From Haplodiscus bocki (Eukaryota), in assembly GCA_965655095.1 (NCBI GenBank), contig OZ296648.1:22940001-23004000 (forward strand): a stretch of DNA of 64,000 bases, given 5' to 3'. The translations under genes were made by a program, and so were the position numbers. Positions 26,901 through 40,800 of this stretch are shown piece by piece. Each line of letters opens with the position of its first letter. Positions within the stretch are counted from its first letter, which is position 1. The notes under the pieces are model-generated. The model was not told the origin of the DNA. It searched no databases and saw only the letters and a list, made by a program, of their open reading frames with translations.

Positions 26901-29900
26901 CTTTCTCATTCAACCAAAAGAATTAACCAAGGACAAGAACTTTTCCTTGAGTATGGCAACGAATTCTGGAAGGTTAGTTCATACGCTTAGTTCACAAATG
27001 TCATACGCTTAGCATAGCCAAAAAAAAGTAGCACCAAAACTCTGGCTAAAGCCATTGCATCTTGGAGCCATGCATTTTTTTCAGTCTCCTCATACGCAAG
27101 CTAAAAAACTTCTATACGCTTCGAATTCAATTTTCATACGCTTAGATTCCAATTCAATACGCTTAGCCTCAAATTGCATACGTTTAGCCTCAACCAATCC
27201 GAACTTTTTCAGATTGACTGGATTTGCAATTATGAAGCGAAACTCTAAAGCTTCTATTCAACGTCAAGAGAGACAGGCAGCACTCGATGCCAAGAGGCTG
27301 AGGCAAGATGCAAGCGATGAAAGTGTGAGTACAAGGGCGGATGGAAACGCTGAGAGCTGATGAATTGAAAAATCGCATTATTGAGGATGAGGTATTCTTG
27401 AGCAAACAAAATGGGTGGAGTCGTCTTACACTGGTTGACAAATTTTTGACATCACCAACAACACCCCAGCGAATCCCACTGTACTTGGTTTTTGACATCA
27501 AATCAAGCCGGAAGAAAACTGCTAGGGCACCAGGGCACCCATTGGCACAGTCAAAGGAATGGCGGTAGCGCAGCAAGTGGTACCGATAACTCAGTTTATC
27601 AAGTCGAGTGTTTACCAAGTTCCTCTAACCATACAGTCAACATCTAAACTCCCCCTGGAATATTTTTTTCAGAGTCGCCGTCACTGGTGATGGATGGCCA
27701 GCGGTTCACATCGGCACATTTTGAGGAAGGTTAGCCTAATTCAAAAATCTCATAAGCTTAGTTGAAAAAGCTCCAACACAAATTTTTCAGGTCTCGACAT
27801 CTCAGTTGCTCGCTTGTTCGCAACTAATGGGAAACGGCCTAAATGCAAAGAAGAGCTGCAGAAAATATAAGTACTGTTTTTTTGATCTGATAAGTGCTTT
27901 CAACAGGCTGCTAAATTAACTTTCATTTATAGATGAAGCAATGATTGACTAACACGGTCACTATGCAAAACACCATGTTTGAGAAAGGGGCCACAAAAAC
28001 CAAAAAACAGACCATACGATGAAGCTTCCCAAATGCCTGCCCGGCACTGTGGTAGACCACAATCACTTTGCAGCACTCGACGCTACAACCAAACATGTCT
28101 GCCACCAGTTACTTTCTCATTCAACCAAAAGAATTAACCAAGGACAAGAACTTTTCCTTGAGTATGGCAACGAATTCTGGAAGGTTAGTTCATACGCTTA
28201 GTTCACAAATGTCATACGCTTAGCATAGCCAAAAAAAGTAGCACCAAAACTCTGGCTAAAGCCATTGCATCTTGGAGCCATGCATTTTTTTCAGTCTCCT
28301 CATACGCAAGCTAAAAAACTTCTATACGCTTCGAATTCAATTTTCATACGCTTAGATTCCAATTCAATACGCTTAGCCTCAAATTGCATACGTTTAGCCT
28401 CAACCAATCCGAACTTTTTCAGATTGACTGGATTTGCAATTATGAAGCGAAACTCTAAAGCTTCTATTCAACGTCAAGAGAGACAGGCAGCACTCGATGC
28501 CAAGAGGCTGAGGCAAGATGCAAGCGATGAAAGTGTGAGTACAAGGGCGGATGGAAACGCTGAGAGCTGATGAATTGAAAAATCGCATTATTGAGGATGA
28601 GGTATTCTTGAGCAAACAAAATGGGTGGAGTCGTCTTACACTGGTTGACAAATTTTTGACATCACCAACAACACCCCAGCGAATCCCACTGTACTTGGTT
28701 TTTGACATCAAATCAAGCCGGAAGAAAACTGCTAGGGCACCAGGGCACCCATTGGCACAGTCAAAGGAATGGCGGTAGCGCAGCAAGTGGTACCGATAAC
28801 TCAGTTTATCAAGTCGAGTGTTTACCAAGTTCCTCTAACCATACAGTCAACATCTAAACTCCCCCTGGAATATTTTTTTCAGAGTCGCCGTCACTGGTGA
28901 TGGATGGCCAGCGGTTCACATCGGCACATTTTGAGGAAGGTTAGCCTAATTCAAAAATCTCATAAGCTTAGTTGAAAAAGCTCCAACACAAATTTTTCAG
29001 GTCTCGACATCTCAGTTGCTCGCTTGTTCGCAACTAATGGGAAACGGCCTAAATGCAAAGAAGAGCTGCAGAAAATATAAGTACTGTTTTTTTGATCTGA
29101 TAAGTGCTTTCAACAGGCTGCTAAATTAACTTTCATTTATAGATGAAGCAATGATTGACTAACACGGTCACTATGCAAAACACCATGTTTGAGAAAGGGG
29201 CCACAAAAACCAGAAAACAGACCATACGATGAAGCTTCCCAAATGCCTGCCCGGCACTGTGGTAGACCACAATCACTTTGCAGCACTCGACGCTACAACC
29301 AAACATGTCTGCCACCAGTTACTTTCTCATTCAACCAAAAGAATTAACCAAGAACTTTTCCTTCAGTACGGCAGCGAATTCTGGAAGGTTAGTTCATACG
29401 CTTAGTTCACAAATGTCATACGCTTAGCATAGCCAAAAAATACGTAGCACCAAAACTCTGGCTAAAGCCATTGAATTTTGGAGCCATGCATTTTTTTCAG
29501 TCTCCTCATACGCAAGCTAAAAAAATTCTATACGCTTCGAATTCAAGTTTTATACGCTTAGATTCCAATTCCATACGCTTAGCCTCAAATTGCATACGTT
29601 TAGCCTCAACCAATCCGAACTTTTTCAGATTGACTGGATTTGCAATTATGAAGCGAAACTCTAAAGCTTCTATTCAACGTCAAGAGAGACAGGCAGCTCT
29701 CGATGCCAAGAGGCTGAGGCAAGATGCAAGCGATGAAAGTGTGAGTACAAGGGCGGATGGAAACGCTGAGAGCTGATGAATTGAAAAATCGCATTAATGA
29801 GGATGAGGTATTCTTGAGCAAACAAAATGGGTGGAGTCGTCTTACACTGGTTGACAAATTTTTGACATCACCAACAACACCCCAGCGAATCCCACTGTAC

Positions 29901-32900
29901 TTGGTTTTTGACATCAAATCAAGCCGGAAGAAAACTGCTAGGGCACCAGGGCACCCATTGGCACAGTCAAAGGAATGGCGGTAGCGCAGCAAGTGGTACC
30001 GATAACTCAGTTTATCAAGTCGAGTGTTTACCAAGTTCCTCTAACCATACAGTCAACATCTAAACTCCCCCTGGAATATTTTTTTCAGAGTCGCCGTCAC
30101 TGGTGATGGATGGCCAGCGGTTCACATCGGCACATTTTGAGGAAGGTTAGCCTAATTCAAAAATCTCATAAGCTTAGTTGAAAAAGCTCCAACACAAATT
30201 TTTCAGGTCTCGACATCTCAGTTGCTCGCTTGTTCGCAACTAATGGGAAACGGCCTAAATGCAAAGAAGAGCTGCAGAAAATATAAGTACTGTTTTTTTG
30301 ATCTGATAAGTGCTTTCAACAGGCTGCTAAATTAACTTTCATTTATAGATGAAGCAATGATTGACTAACACGGTCACTATGCAAAACACCATGTTTGAGA
30401 AAGGGGCCACAAAAACCAAAAAACAGACCATACGATGAAGCTTCCCAAATGCCTGCCCGGCACTGTGGTAGACCACAATCACTTTGCAGCACTCGACGCT
30501 ACAACCAAACATGTCTGCCACCAGTTACTTTCTCATTCAACCAAAAGAATTAACCAAGAACTTTTCCTTCAGTACGGCAGCGAATTCTGGAAGGTTAGTT
30601 CATACGCTTAGTTCACAAATGTCATACGCTTAGCATAGCCAAAAAATACGTAGCACCAAAACTCTGGCTAAAGCCATTGAATTTTGGAGCCATGCATTTT
30701 TTTCAGTCTCCTCATACGCAAGCTAAAAAATTTCTATACGCTTCGAATGCAATTTTCATACGCTTAGATTCCAATTCCATACGCTTAGCCTCAAATTGCA
30801 TACGTTTAGCCTCAACCAATCCGAACGTTTTCAGATTGACTGGATTTGCAATTATGAAGCGAATCTCTAAAGCTTCTATTCAACGTCAAGAGAGACAGGC
30901 AGCTCTCGATGCCAAGAGGCTGAGGCAAGATGCAAGCGATGAAAGTGTGAGTACAAGGGCGGATGGAAACGCTGAGAGCTGATGAATTGAAAAATCGCAT
31001 TATTGAGGATGAGGTATTCTTGAGCAAACAAAATGGGTGGAGTCGTCTTACACTGGTTGACAACTTTTTGACATCAGCAACAAGACCCCAGCGAATCCCA
31101 CTGTACTTGGTTTTTGACATCAAATCAAGCCGGAAGAAAACTGCTAGGGCACCAGGGCACCCATTGGCACAGTCAAAGGAATGGCGGTAGCGCAGCAAGT
31201 GGTACCGATAACTCAGTTTATCAAGTCGAGTGTTTACCAAGTTCCTCTAACCAGACAGTCAACATCTAAACTCCCCCTGGAATATTTTTCTCAGAGTCGC
31301 CGTCACTGGTGATGGATGGCCAGCGGTTCACATCGGCACATTTTGAGGAAGGTTAGCCTAATTCAAAAATCTCAAGCTTAGTTGAAAATGCTCCAACACA
31401 AATTCTTCGGGTCTCGACATCTCAGTTGCTCGCTTGTTCGCAACTAATGGGAAACGGCCTAAATGCAAAGAAGAGCTTCAGAAAAATTAAGTACTGTTTT
31501 TTTGATCTGATAAGTGCTTTCAACAGGCTGCTAAATTAACTTTCACTTATAGATGAAGCAAGGATTGACTAACACGGTCACTATGCAAAACACCATGTTT
31601 GAGAAAGGGGCCACAAAAACCAACAAACAGACCATCCGATGACTCTTACCAAAGGCCTGCCCGGCAAAGTGGTAGAGGACAACCACTTTGCAGCAGTCGA
31701 CGCCACGTCCAAATATGTCTGCCACCAGTTACTTTCTCATTCAACCAAAAGAATTAACCAAGGACAAGAACTTTTCCTTGAGTATGGCAACGAATTCTGG
31801 AAGGTTAGTTCATACGCTTAGTTCACAAATGTCATACGCTTAGCATAGCCAAAAAAAAAGTAGCACCAAAACTCTGGCTAAAGCCATTGAATTTTATAGC
31901 CATGCATTTTTTTCAGTCTCCTCATACGCAAGCTAAAAAATTTCTATACGCTTCGAATGCAATTTTCATACGCTTAGATTCCAATTCCATACGCTTAGCC
32001 TCAAATTGCATACGTTTAGCCTCAACCAATCCGAACGTTTTCAGATTGACTGGATTTGCAATTATGAAGCGAATCTCTAAAGCTTCTATTCAACGTCAAG
32101 AGAGACAGGCAGCTCTCGATGCCAAGAGGCTGAGGCAAGATGCAAGCGATGAAAGTGTGAGTACAAGGGCGGATGGAAACGCTGAGAGCTGATGAATTGA
32201 AAAATCGCATTATTGAGGATGAGGTATTCTTGAGCAAACAAAATGGGTGGAGTCGTCTTACACTGGTTGACAAATTTTTGACATCAGCAACAAGACCCCA
32301 GCGAATCCCACTGTACTTGGTTTTTGACATCAAATCAAGCCGGAAGAAAACTGCTAGGGCACCAGGGCACCCATTGGCACAGTCAAAGGAATGGCGGTAG
32401 CGCAGCAAGTGGTACCGATAACTCAGTTTATCAAGTCGAGTGTTTACCAAGTTCCTCTAACCAGACAGTCAACATCTAAACTCCCCCTGGAATATTTTTC
32501 TCAGAGTCGCCGTCACTGGTGATGGATGGCCAGCGGTTCACATCGGCACATTTTGAGGAAGGTTAGCCTAATTCAAAAATCTCAAGCTTAGTTGAAAATG
32601 CTCCAACACAAATTCTTCAGGTCTCGACATCTCAGTTGCTCGCTTGTTCGCAACTAATGGGAAACGGCCTAAATGCAAAGAAGAGCTTCAGAAAAATTAA
32701 GTACTGTTTTTTTGATCTGATAAGTGCTTTCAACAGGCTGCTAAATTAACTTTCACTTATAGATGAAGCAAGGATTGACTAACACGGTCACTATGCAAAA
32801 CACCATGTTTGAGAAAGGGGCCACAAAAACCAACAAACAGACCATTTGATGCCTCTTACCAAAGGCCTGCCCGGCAAAGTGGTAGAGGACAACCACTTTG

Positions 32901-35900
32901 CAGCAGTCGACGCCACGTCCAAATATGTCTGCCACCAGTTACTTTCTCATTCAACCAAAAGAATTAACCAAGGACAAGAACTTTTCCTTGAGTATGGCAG
33001 CGAATTCTGGAAGGTTAGTTCATACGCTTAGTTCACAAATGTCATACGCTTAGCATAGCCAAAAAATACGTAGCACCAAAACTCTGGCTAAAGCCATTGA
33101 ATTTTGGAGCCATGCATTTTTTTCAGTCTCCTCATACGCAAGCTAAAAAATTTCTATACGCTTCGAATGCAATTTTCATACGCTTAGATTCCAATTCCAT
33201 ACGCTTAGCCTCAAATTGCATACGTTTAGCCTCAACCAATCCGAACGTTTTCAGATTGACTGGATTTGCAATTATGAAGCGAATCTCTAAAGCTTCTATT
33301 CAACGTCAAGAGAGACAGGCAGCTCTCGATGCCAAGAGGCTGAGGCAAGATGCAAGCGATGAAAGTGTGAGTACAAGGGCGGATGGAAACGCTGAGAGCT
33401 GATGAATTGAAAAATCGCATTATTGAGGATGAGGTATTCTTGAGCAAACAAAATGGGTGGAGTCGTCTTACACTGGTTGACAACTTTTTGACATCAGCAA
33501 CAAGACCCCAGCGAATCCCACTGTACTTGGTTTTTGACATCAAATCAAGCCGGAAGAAAACTGCTAGGGCACCAGGGCACCCATTGGCACAGTCAAAGGA
33601 ATGGCGGTAGCGCAGCAAGTGGTACCGATAACTCAGTTTATCAAGTCGAGTGTTTACCAAGTTCCTCTAACCAGACAGTCAACATCTAAACTCCCCCTGG
33701 AATATTTTTCTCAGAGTCGCCGTCACTGGTGATGGATGGCCAGCGGTTCACATCGGCACATTTTGAGGAAGTTTAGCCTAATTCAAAAATCTCAAGCTTA
33801 GTTGAAAATGCTCCAACACAAATTCTTCAGGTCTCGACATCTCAGTTGCTCGCTTGTTCGCAACTAATGGGAAACGGCCTAAATGCAAAGAAGAGCTTCA
33901 GAAAAATTAAGTACTGTTTTTTTGATCTGATAAGTGCTTTCAACAGGCTGCTAAATTAACTTTCACTTATAGATGAAGCAAGGATTGACTAACACGGTCA
34001 CTATGCAAAACACCATGTTTGAGAAAGGGGCCACAAAAACCAACAAACAGACCATCCGATGACTCTTACCAAAGGCCTGCCCGGCAAAGTGGTAGAGGAC
34101 AACCACTTTGCAGCAGTCGACGCCACGTCCAAATATGTCTGCCACCAGTTACTTTCTCATTCAACCAAAAGAATTAACCAAGGACAAGAACTTTTCCTTG
34201 AGTATGGCAGCGAATTCTGGAAGGTTAGTTCATACGCTTAGTTCACAAATGTCATACGCTTAGCATAGCCAAAAAATACGTAGCACCAAAACTCTGCTAA
34301 AGCCATTGAATTTTGGAGCCATGCATTTTTTTCAGTCTCCTCATACGCAAGCTAAAAAATTTCTATACGCTTCGAATGCAATTTTCATACGCTTAGATTC
34401 CAATTCCATACGCTTAGCCTCAAATTGCATACGTTTAGCCTCAACCAATCCGAACGTTTTCAGATTGACTGGATTTGCAATTATGAAGCGAATCTCTAAA
34501 GCTTCTATTCAACGTCAAGAGAGACAGGCAGCTCTCGATGCCAAGAGGCTGAGGCAAGATGCAAGCGATGAAAGTGTGAGTACAAGGGCGGATGGAAACG
34601 CTGAGAGCTGATGAATTGAAAAATCGCATTATTGAGGATGAGGTATTCTTGAGCAAACAAAATGGGTGGAGTCGTCTTACACTGGTTGACAAATTTTTGA
34701 CATCAGCAACAAGACCCCAGCGAATCCCACTGTACTTGGTTTTTGACATCAAATCAAGCCGGAAGAAAACTGCTAGGGCACCAGGGCACCCATTGGCACA
34801 GTCAAAGGAATGGCGGTAGCGCAGCAAGTGGTACCGATAACTCAGTTTATCAAGTCGAGTGTTTACCAAGTTCCTCTAACCAGACAGTCAACATCTAAAC
34901 TCCCCCTGGAATATTTTTCTCAGAGTCGCCGTAACTGGTGATGGATGGCCAGCGGTTCACATCGGCACATTTTGAGGAAGGTTAGCCTAATTCAAAAATC
35001 TCAAGCTTAGTTGAAAATGCTCCAACACAAATTCTTCAGGTCTCGACATCTCAGTTGCTCGCTTGTTCGCAACTAATGGGAAACGGCCTAAATGCAAAGA
35101 AGAGCTTCAGAAAAATTAAGTACTGTTTTTTTGATCTGATAAGTGCTTTCAACAGGCTGCTAAATTAACTTTCACTTATAGATGAAGCAAGGATTGACTA
35201 ACACGGTCACTATGCAAAACACCATGTTTGAGAAAGGGGCCACAAAAACCAACAAACAGACCATCCGATGACTCTTACCAAAGGCCTGCCCGGCAAAGTG
35301 GTAGAGGACAACCACTTTGCAGCAGTCGACGCCACGTCCAAATATGTCTGCCACCAGTTACTTTCTCATTCAACCAAAAGAATTAACCAAGGACAAGAAC
35401 TTTTCCTTGAGTATGGCAGCGAATTCTGGAAGGTTAGTTCATACGCTTAGTTCACAAATGTCATACGCTTAGCATAGCCAAAAAATACGTAGCACCAAAA
35501 CTCTGCTAAAGCCATTGAATTTTGGAGCCATGCATTTTTTTCAGTCTCCTCATACGCAAGCTAAAAAATTTCTATACGCTTCGAATGCAATTTTCATACG
35601 CTTAGATTCCAATTCCATACGCTTAGCCTCAAATTGCATACGTTTAGCCTCAACCAATCCGAACTTTTTCAGATTGACTGGATTTGCAGTTATGAAGCGA
35701 AACTCTAAAGCTTCTATTCAACGTCAAGAGAGACAGGCAGCTCTCGATGCCAAGAGGCTGAGGCAAGATGCAAGCGATGAAAGTGTGAGTACAAGGGCGG
35801 ATGGAAACGCTGAGAGCTGATGAATTGAAAAATCGCATTAATGAGGATGAGGTATTCTTGAGCAAACAAAATGGGTGGAGTCGTCTTACACTGGTTGACA

Positions 35901-37857
35901 AATTTTTGACATCACCAACAACACCCCAGCGAATCCCACTGTACTTGGTTTTTGACATCAAATCAAGCCGGAAGAAAACTGCTAGGGCACCAGGGCACCC
36001 ATTGGCACAGTCAAAGGAATGGCGGTAGCGCAGCAAGTGGTACCGATAACTCAGTTTATCAAGTCGAGTGTTTACCAAGTTCCTCTAACCATACAGTCAA
36101 CACCTAAACTCCCCCTGGAATATTTTTTTCAGAGTCGCCGTCACTGGTGATGGATGGCCAGCGATTCACATCGGCACATTTTGAGGAAGGTTAGCCTAAT
36201 TCAAAAAAATCTCATAAGCTTAGTTGAAAATGCTCCAACACAAATTTTTCAGGTCTCGACATCTCAGTTGCTCGCTTGTTCGCAACTAATGGGAAACGGC
36301 CTAAATGCAAAGAAGAGCTTCAGAAAAATTAAGTACTGTTTTTTTGATCTGATAAGTGCTTTCAACAGGCTGCTAAATTAACTTTCATTTTTAGATGAAG
36401 CAATGATTGACTAACACGGTCACTATGCAAAACACCATGTTTGAGAAAGGGGCCACAAAAACCAACAAACAGACCATACGATGAAGCTTCCCAAATGCCT
36501 GCCCGGCACTGTGGTAGACCACAACCACTTTGCAGCAGTCGACGCCACGTCCAAATATGTCTGCCACCAGTTACTTTCTCATTCAACCAAAAGAATTAAC
36601 CAAGGACAAGAACTTTTCCTTGAGTATGGCAACGAATTCTGGAAGGTTAGTTCATACGCTTAGTTCACAAATGTCATACGCTTAGCATAGCCAAAAAAAA
36701 GTAGCACCAAAACTCTGGCTAAAGCCATTGAATTTTGGAGCCATGCATTTTTTTCAGTCTCCTCATACGCAAGCTAAAAACTTCTATACGCTTCGAATTC
36801 AATTTTCATACACTTAGATTCCAATTCAATACGCTTAGCCTCAAATTGCATTCGTTTAGCCTCAACCAATCCGAACTTTTTCAGATTGACTGGATTTGCA
36901 ATTATGAAGCGAAACTCTAAAGCTTCTATTCAACGTCAAGAGAGACAGGCAGCTCTCGATGCCAAGAGGCTGAGGCAAGATGCAAGCGATGAAAGTGTGA
37001 ATACAAGGGCGGATGGAAACGCTGAGAGCTGATGAATTGGAAAATCGCATTATTGAGGATGAGGTATTCTTGAGCAAACAAAATGGGTGGAGTCGTCTTA
37101 CACAGGTTGACAAATTTTTGACATCACCAACAAGACAACAGCGAATCCCACTGTACTTGGTTTTTGACATCAAATCAAGCCGGAAGAAAACTGCTAGGGC
37201 ACCAGGGCACCCATTGGCACAGTCAAAGGAATGGCGGTAGCGCAGCAAGTGGTACCGATAACTCAGTTTATCAAGTCGAGTGCTTACCAAGTTCCTCTAA
37301 CCATACAGTCAACACCTAAACTCCCCCTGGAATATTTTTTTCAGAGTCGCCGTCACTGGTGATGGATGGCCAGCGGTTCACATCGGCACATTTTGAGGAA
37401 GGTTAGCCTAATTCAAAAAAATCTCATAAGCTTAGTTGAAAATGCTCCAACACAAATTTTTCATGTCTCGACATCTCAGTTGCTCGCTTGTTCGCAACTA
37501 ATGGGAAACGGCCTAAATGCAAAGAAGAGCTTCAGAAAATATAAGTGCTGTTTTTTTGCTCTGATAAGTGCTTTCAACAGGCTGCTAAATTAACTTTCAT
37601 TTATAGATGAAGCAATGATTGACTAACACGGTCACTATGCAAAACACCATGTTTGAGAAAGGGGCCACAAAAACCAACAAACAGACCATACGATGAAGCT
37701 TCCCAAATGCCTGCCCGGCACTGTGGTAGACCACAACCACTTTGCAGCACTCGACGCTACAACCAAATATGTCTGCCACCAGTTACTTTCTCATTCAACC
37801 AAAAGAATTAACCAAGGACAAGAACTTTTCCTTCAGTATGGCAGCGAATTCTGGAAG

Positions 37858-40800
37858 GTTAGTTCATACGCTTAGTTCACAAATGTCATACGCTTAGCAT
37901 AGCCAAAAAATACGTAGCACCAAAACTCTGGCTAAAGCCATTGAATTTTGGAGCCATGCATTTTTTTCAGTCTCCTCATACGCAAGCTAAAAAATTTCTA
38001 TATGCTTCGAATGCAATTTTCATACGCTTAGATTCCATTTCCATACGCTTAGCCTCAAATTGCATACATTTAGCCTCAACCAATCCGAACTTTTGCAGAT
38101 TGACTGGATTTGCAATTATGAAGCGAAACTCTAAAGCTTCTATTCAACGTCAAGAGAGACAGGCAGCTCTCGATGCCAAGAGGCTGAGGCAAGATGCAAG
38201 CGATGAAAGTGTGAGTACAAGGGCGGATGGAAACGCTGAGAGCTGATGAATTGAAAAATCGCATTATTGAGGATGAGGTATTCTTGAGCAAACAAAATGG
38301 ATGGAGTCGTCTTACACTGGTTGACAAATTTTTGACATCAGCAACAAGACCCCAGCGAATCCCACTGTACTTGGTTTTTGACATCAAATCAAGCCGTAAG
38401 AAAACTGCTAGGGCACCCATTGGCACAGTCAAACGAATGGCGGTAGCGCAGCAAGTGGTACCCATAACTCAGTTTATCAAGTCGAGTGTTTACCAAGTTC
38501 CTCTAACCAGACAGTCAACATCTAAACTCCCCCTGGAATATTTTTTCAAGAGTCGCCGTCACTGGTGATGGATGGCCAGCGGTTCACATCGGCATATTTT
38601 GAGGAAGGTTAGCCTAATTCAAAAATCTCAAGCTGAGTTGAAAATGCTCCAACACAATATCTTCAGGTCTCGACATCTCAGTTGCTCGCTTGTTCGCAAC
38701 TAATGGGAAACGGCCTAAATGCAAAGAAGAGCTTCAGAAAAATTAAGTACTGTTTTTTTGATCTGATAAGTGCTTTCAACAGGCTGCTAAATTAACTTTC
38801 ATTTATAGATGAAGCAATGATTGACTAACACGGTCACTATGCAAAACACCATGTTTGAGAAAGGGCCCACAAAAACCAACAAACAGACCATCCGATGACT
38901 CTTCCCAAAGGTTTGCCCGGCAAAGTGGTAGAGGACAACGCCACGTCCAAATATGTCAGCCACCAGTTACTTTCTCATTCAACCAAAAGAATTAACCAAG
39001 GACAAGAACTTTTCCTTGAGTATGGCAGCGAATTCTGGAAGGTAAGTTCATACGCTTAGTTCACAAATGTCATACGCTTAGCATAGCCAAAAAATACGTA
39101 GCACCAAAACTCTGGCTAAAGCCATTGAATTTTGGAGCCATGCATTTTTTTCAGTCTCCTCATACGCAAGCTAAAAAATTTCTATACGTTTCGAATTCAA
39201 TTTTCATACGCTTAGATTCCAATTCCATACGCTTAGCGTCAAATTGCATACGTTTAGCCTCAACTAATCCGAACTTTTTCAGATTGACTGGATTTGCAAT
39301 TATGAAGCGAAACTCTAAAGCTTCTATTCAACGTCAAGAGAGACAGGCAGCTCTCGATGCCAAGAGGCTGAGGCAAGATGCAAGCGATGAAAGTGTGAGT
39401 ACAAGGGCGGATGGAAACGCTGAGAGCTGATGAATTGAAAAATCGCATTATTGAGGATGAGGTATTCTTGAGCAAACAAAATGGGTGGAGTCGTCTTACA
39501 CTGGTTGACAAATTTTTGACATCACCAACAAGACCCCAGCGAATCCCACTGTACTTGGTTTTTGACATCAAATCAAGCCGTAAGAAAACTGCTAGGGCAC
39601 CCATTGGCACAGTCAAACGAATGGCGGTAGCGCAGCAAGTGGTACCCATAACTCAGTTTATCAAGTCGAGTGTTTACCAAGTTCCTCTAACCAGACAGTC
39701 AACATCTAAACTCCCCCTGGAATATTTTTTCAAGAGTCGCCGTCACTGGTGATGGATGGCCAGCGGTTCACATCGGCATATTTTGAGGAAGGTTAGCCTA
39801 ATTCAAAAATCTCAAGCTGAGTTGAAAATGCTCCAACACAATATCTTCAGGTCTCGACATCTCAGTTGCTCGCTTGTTCGCAACTAATGGGAAACGGCCT
39901 AAATGCAAAGAAGAGCTTCAGAAAAATTAAGTACTGTTTTTTTGATCTGATAAGTGCTTTCAACAGGCTGCTAAATTAACTTTCATTTATAGATGAAGCA
40001 ATGATTGACTAACACGGTCACTATGCAAAAAACCGTGTTTGAGAAAGGGGCCACAAAAACCAACAAACAGACCATCCGATGACTCTTCCCAAAGGTTTGC
40101 CCGGCAAAGTGGTAGAGGACAACGCCACGTCCAAATATGTCAGCCACCAGTTACTTTCTCATTCAACCAAAAGAATTAACCAAGGACAAGAACTTTTCCT
40201 TGAGTATGGCAGCGAATTCTGGAAGGTAAGTTCATACGCTTAGTTCACAAATGTCATACGCTTAGCATAGCCAAAAAATACGTAGCACCAAAACTCTGGC
40301 TAAAGCCATTGAATTTTGGAGCCATGCATTTTTTTCAGTCTCCTCATACGCAAGCTAAAAAATTTCTATACGTTTCGAATTCAATTTTCATACGCTTAGA
40401 TTCCAATTCCATACGCTTAGCGTCAAATTGCATACGTTTAGCCTCAACTAATCCGAACTTTTGCCGATTGACTGGATTTGCAATTATGAAGCGAAACTCT
40501 AAAGCTTCTATTCAACGTCAAGAGAGACAGGCAGCTCTCGATGCCAAGAGGCTGAGGCAAGATGCAAGCGATGAAAGTGTGAGTACAAGGGCGGATGGAA
40601 ACGCTGAGAGCTGATGAATTGAAAAATCGCATTATTGAGGATGAGGTATTCTTGAGCAAACAAAATGGGTGGAGTCGTCTTACACTGGTTGACAAATTTT
40701 TGACATCACCAACAAGACCCCAGAGAATCCCACTGTACTTGGTTTTTGACATCAAATCAAGCCGTAAGAAAACTGCTAGGGCACCCATTGGCACAGTCAA

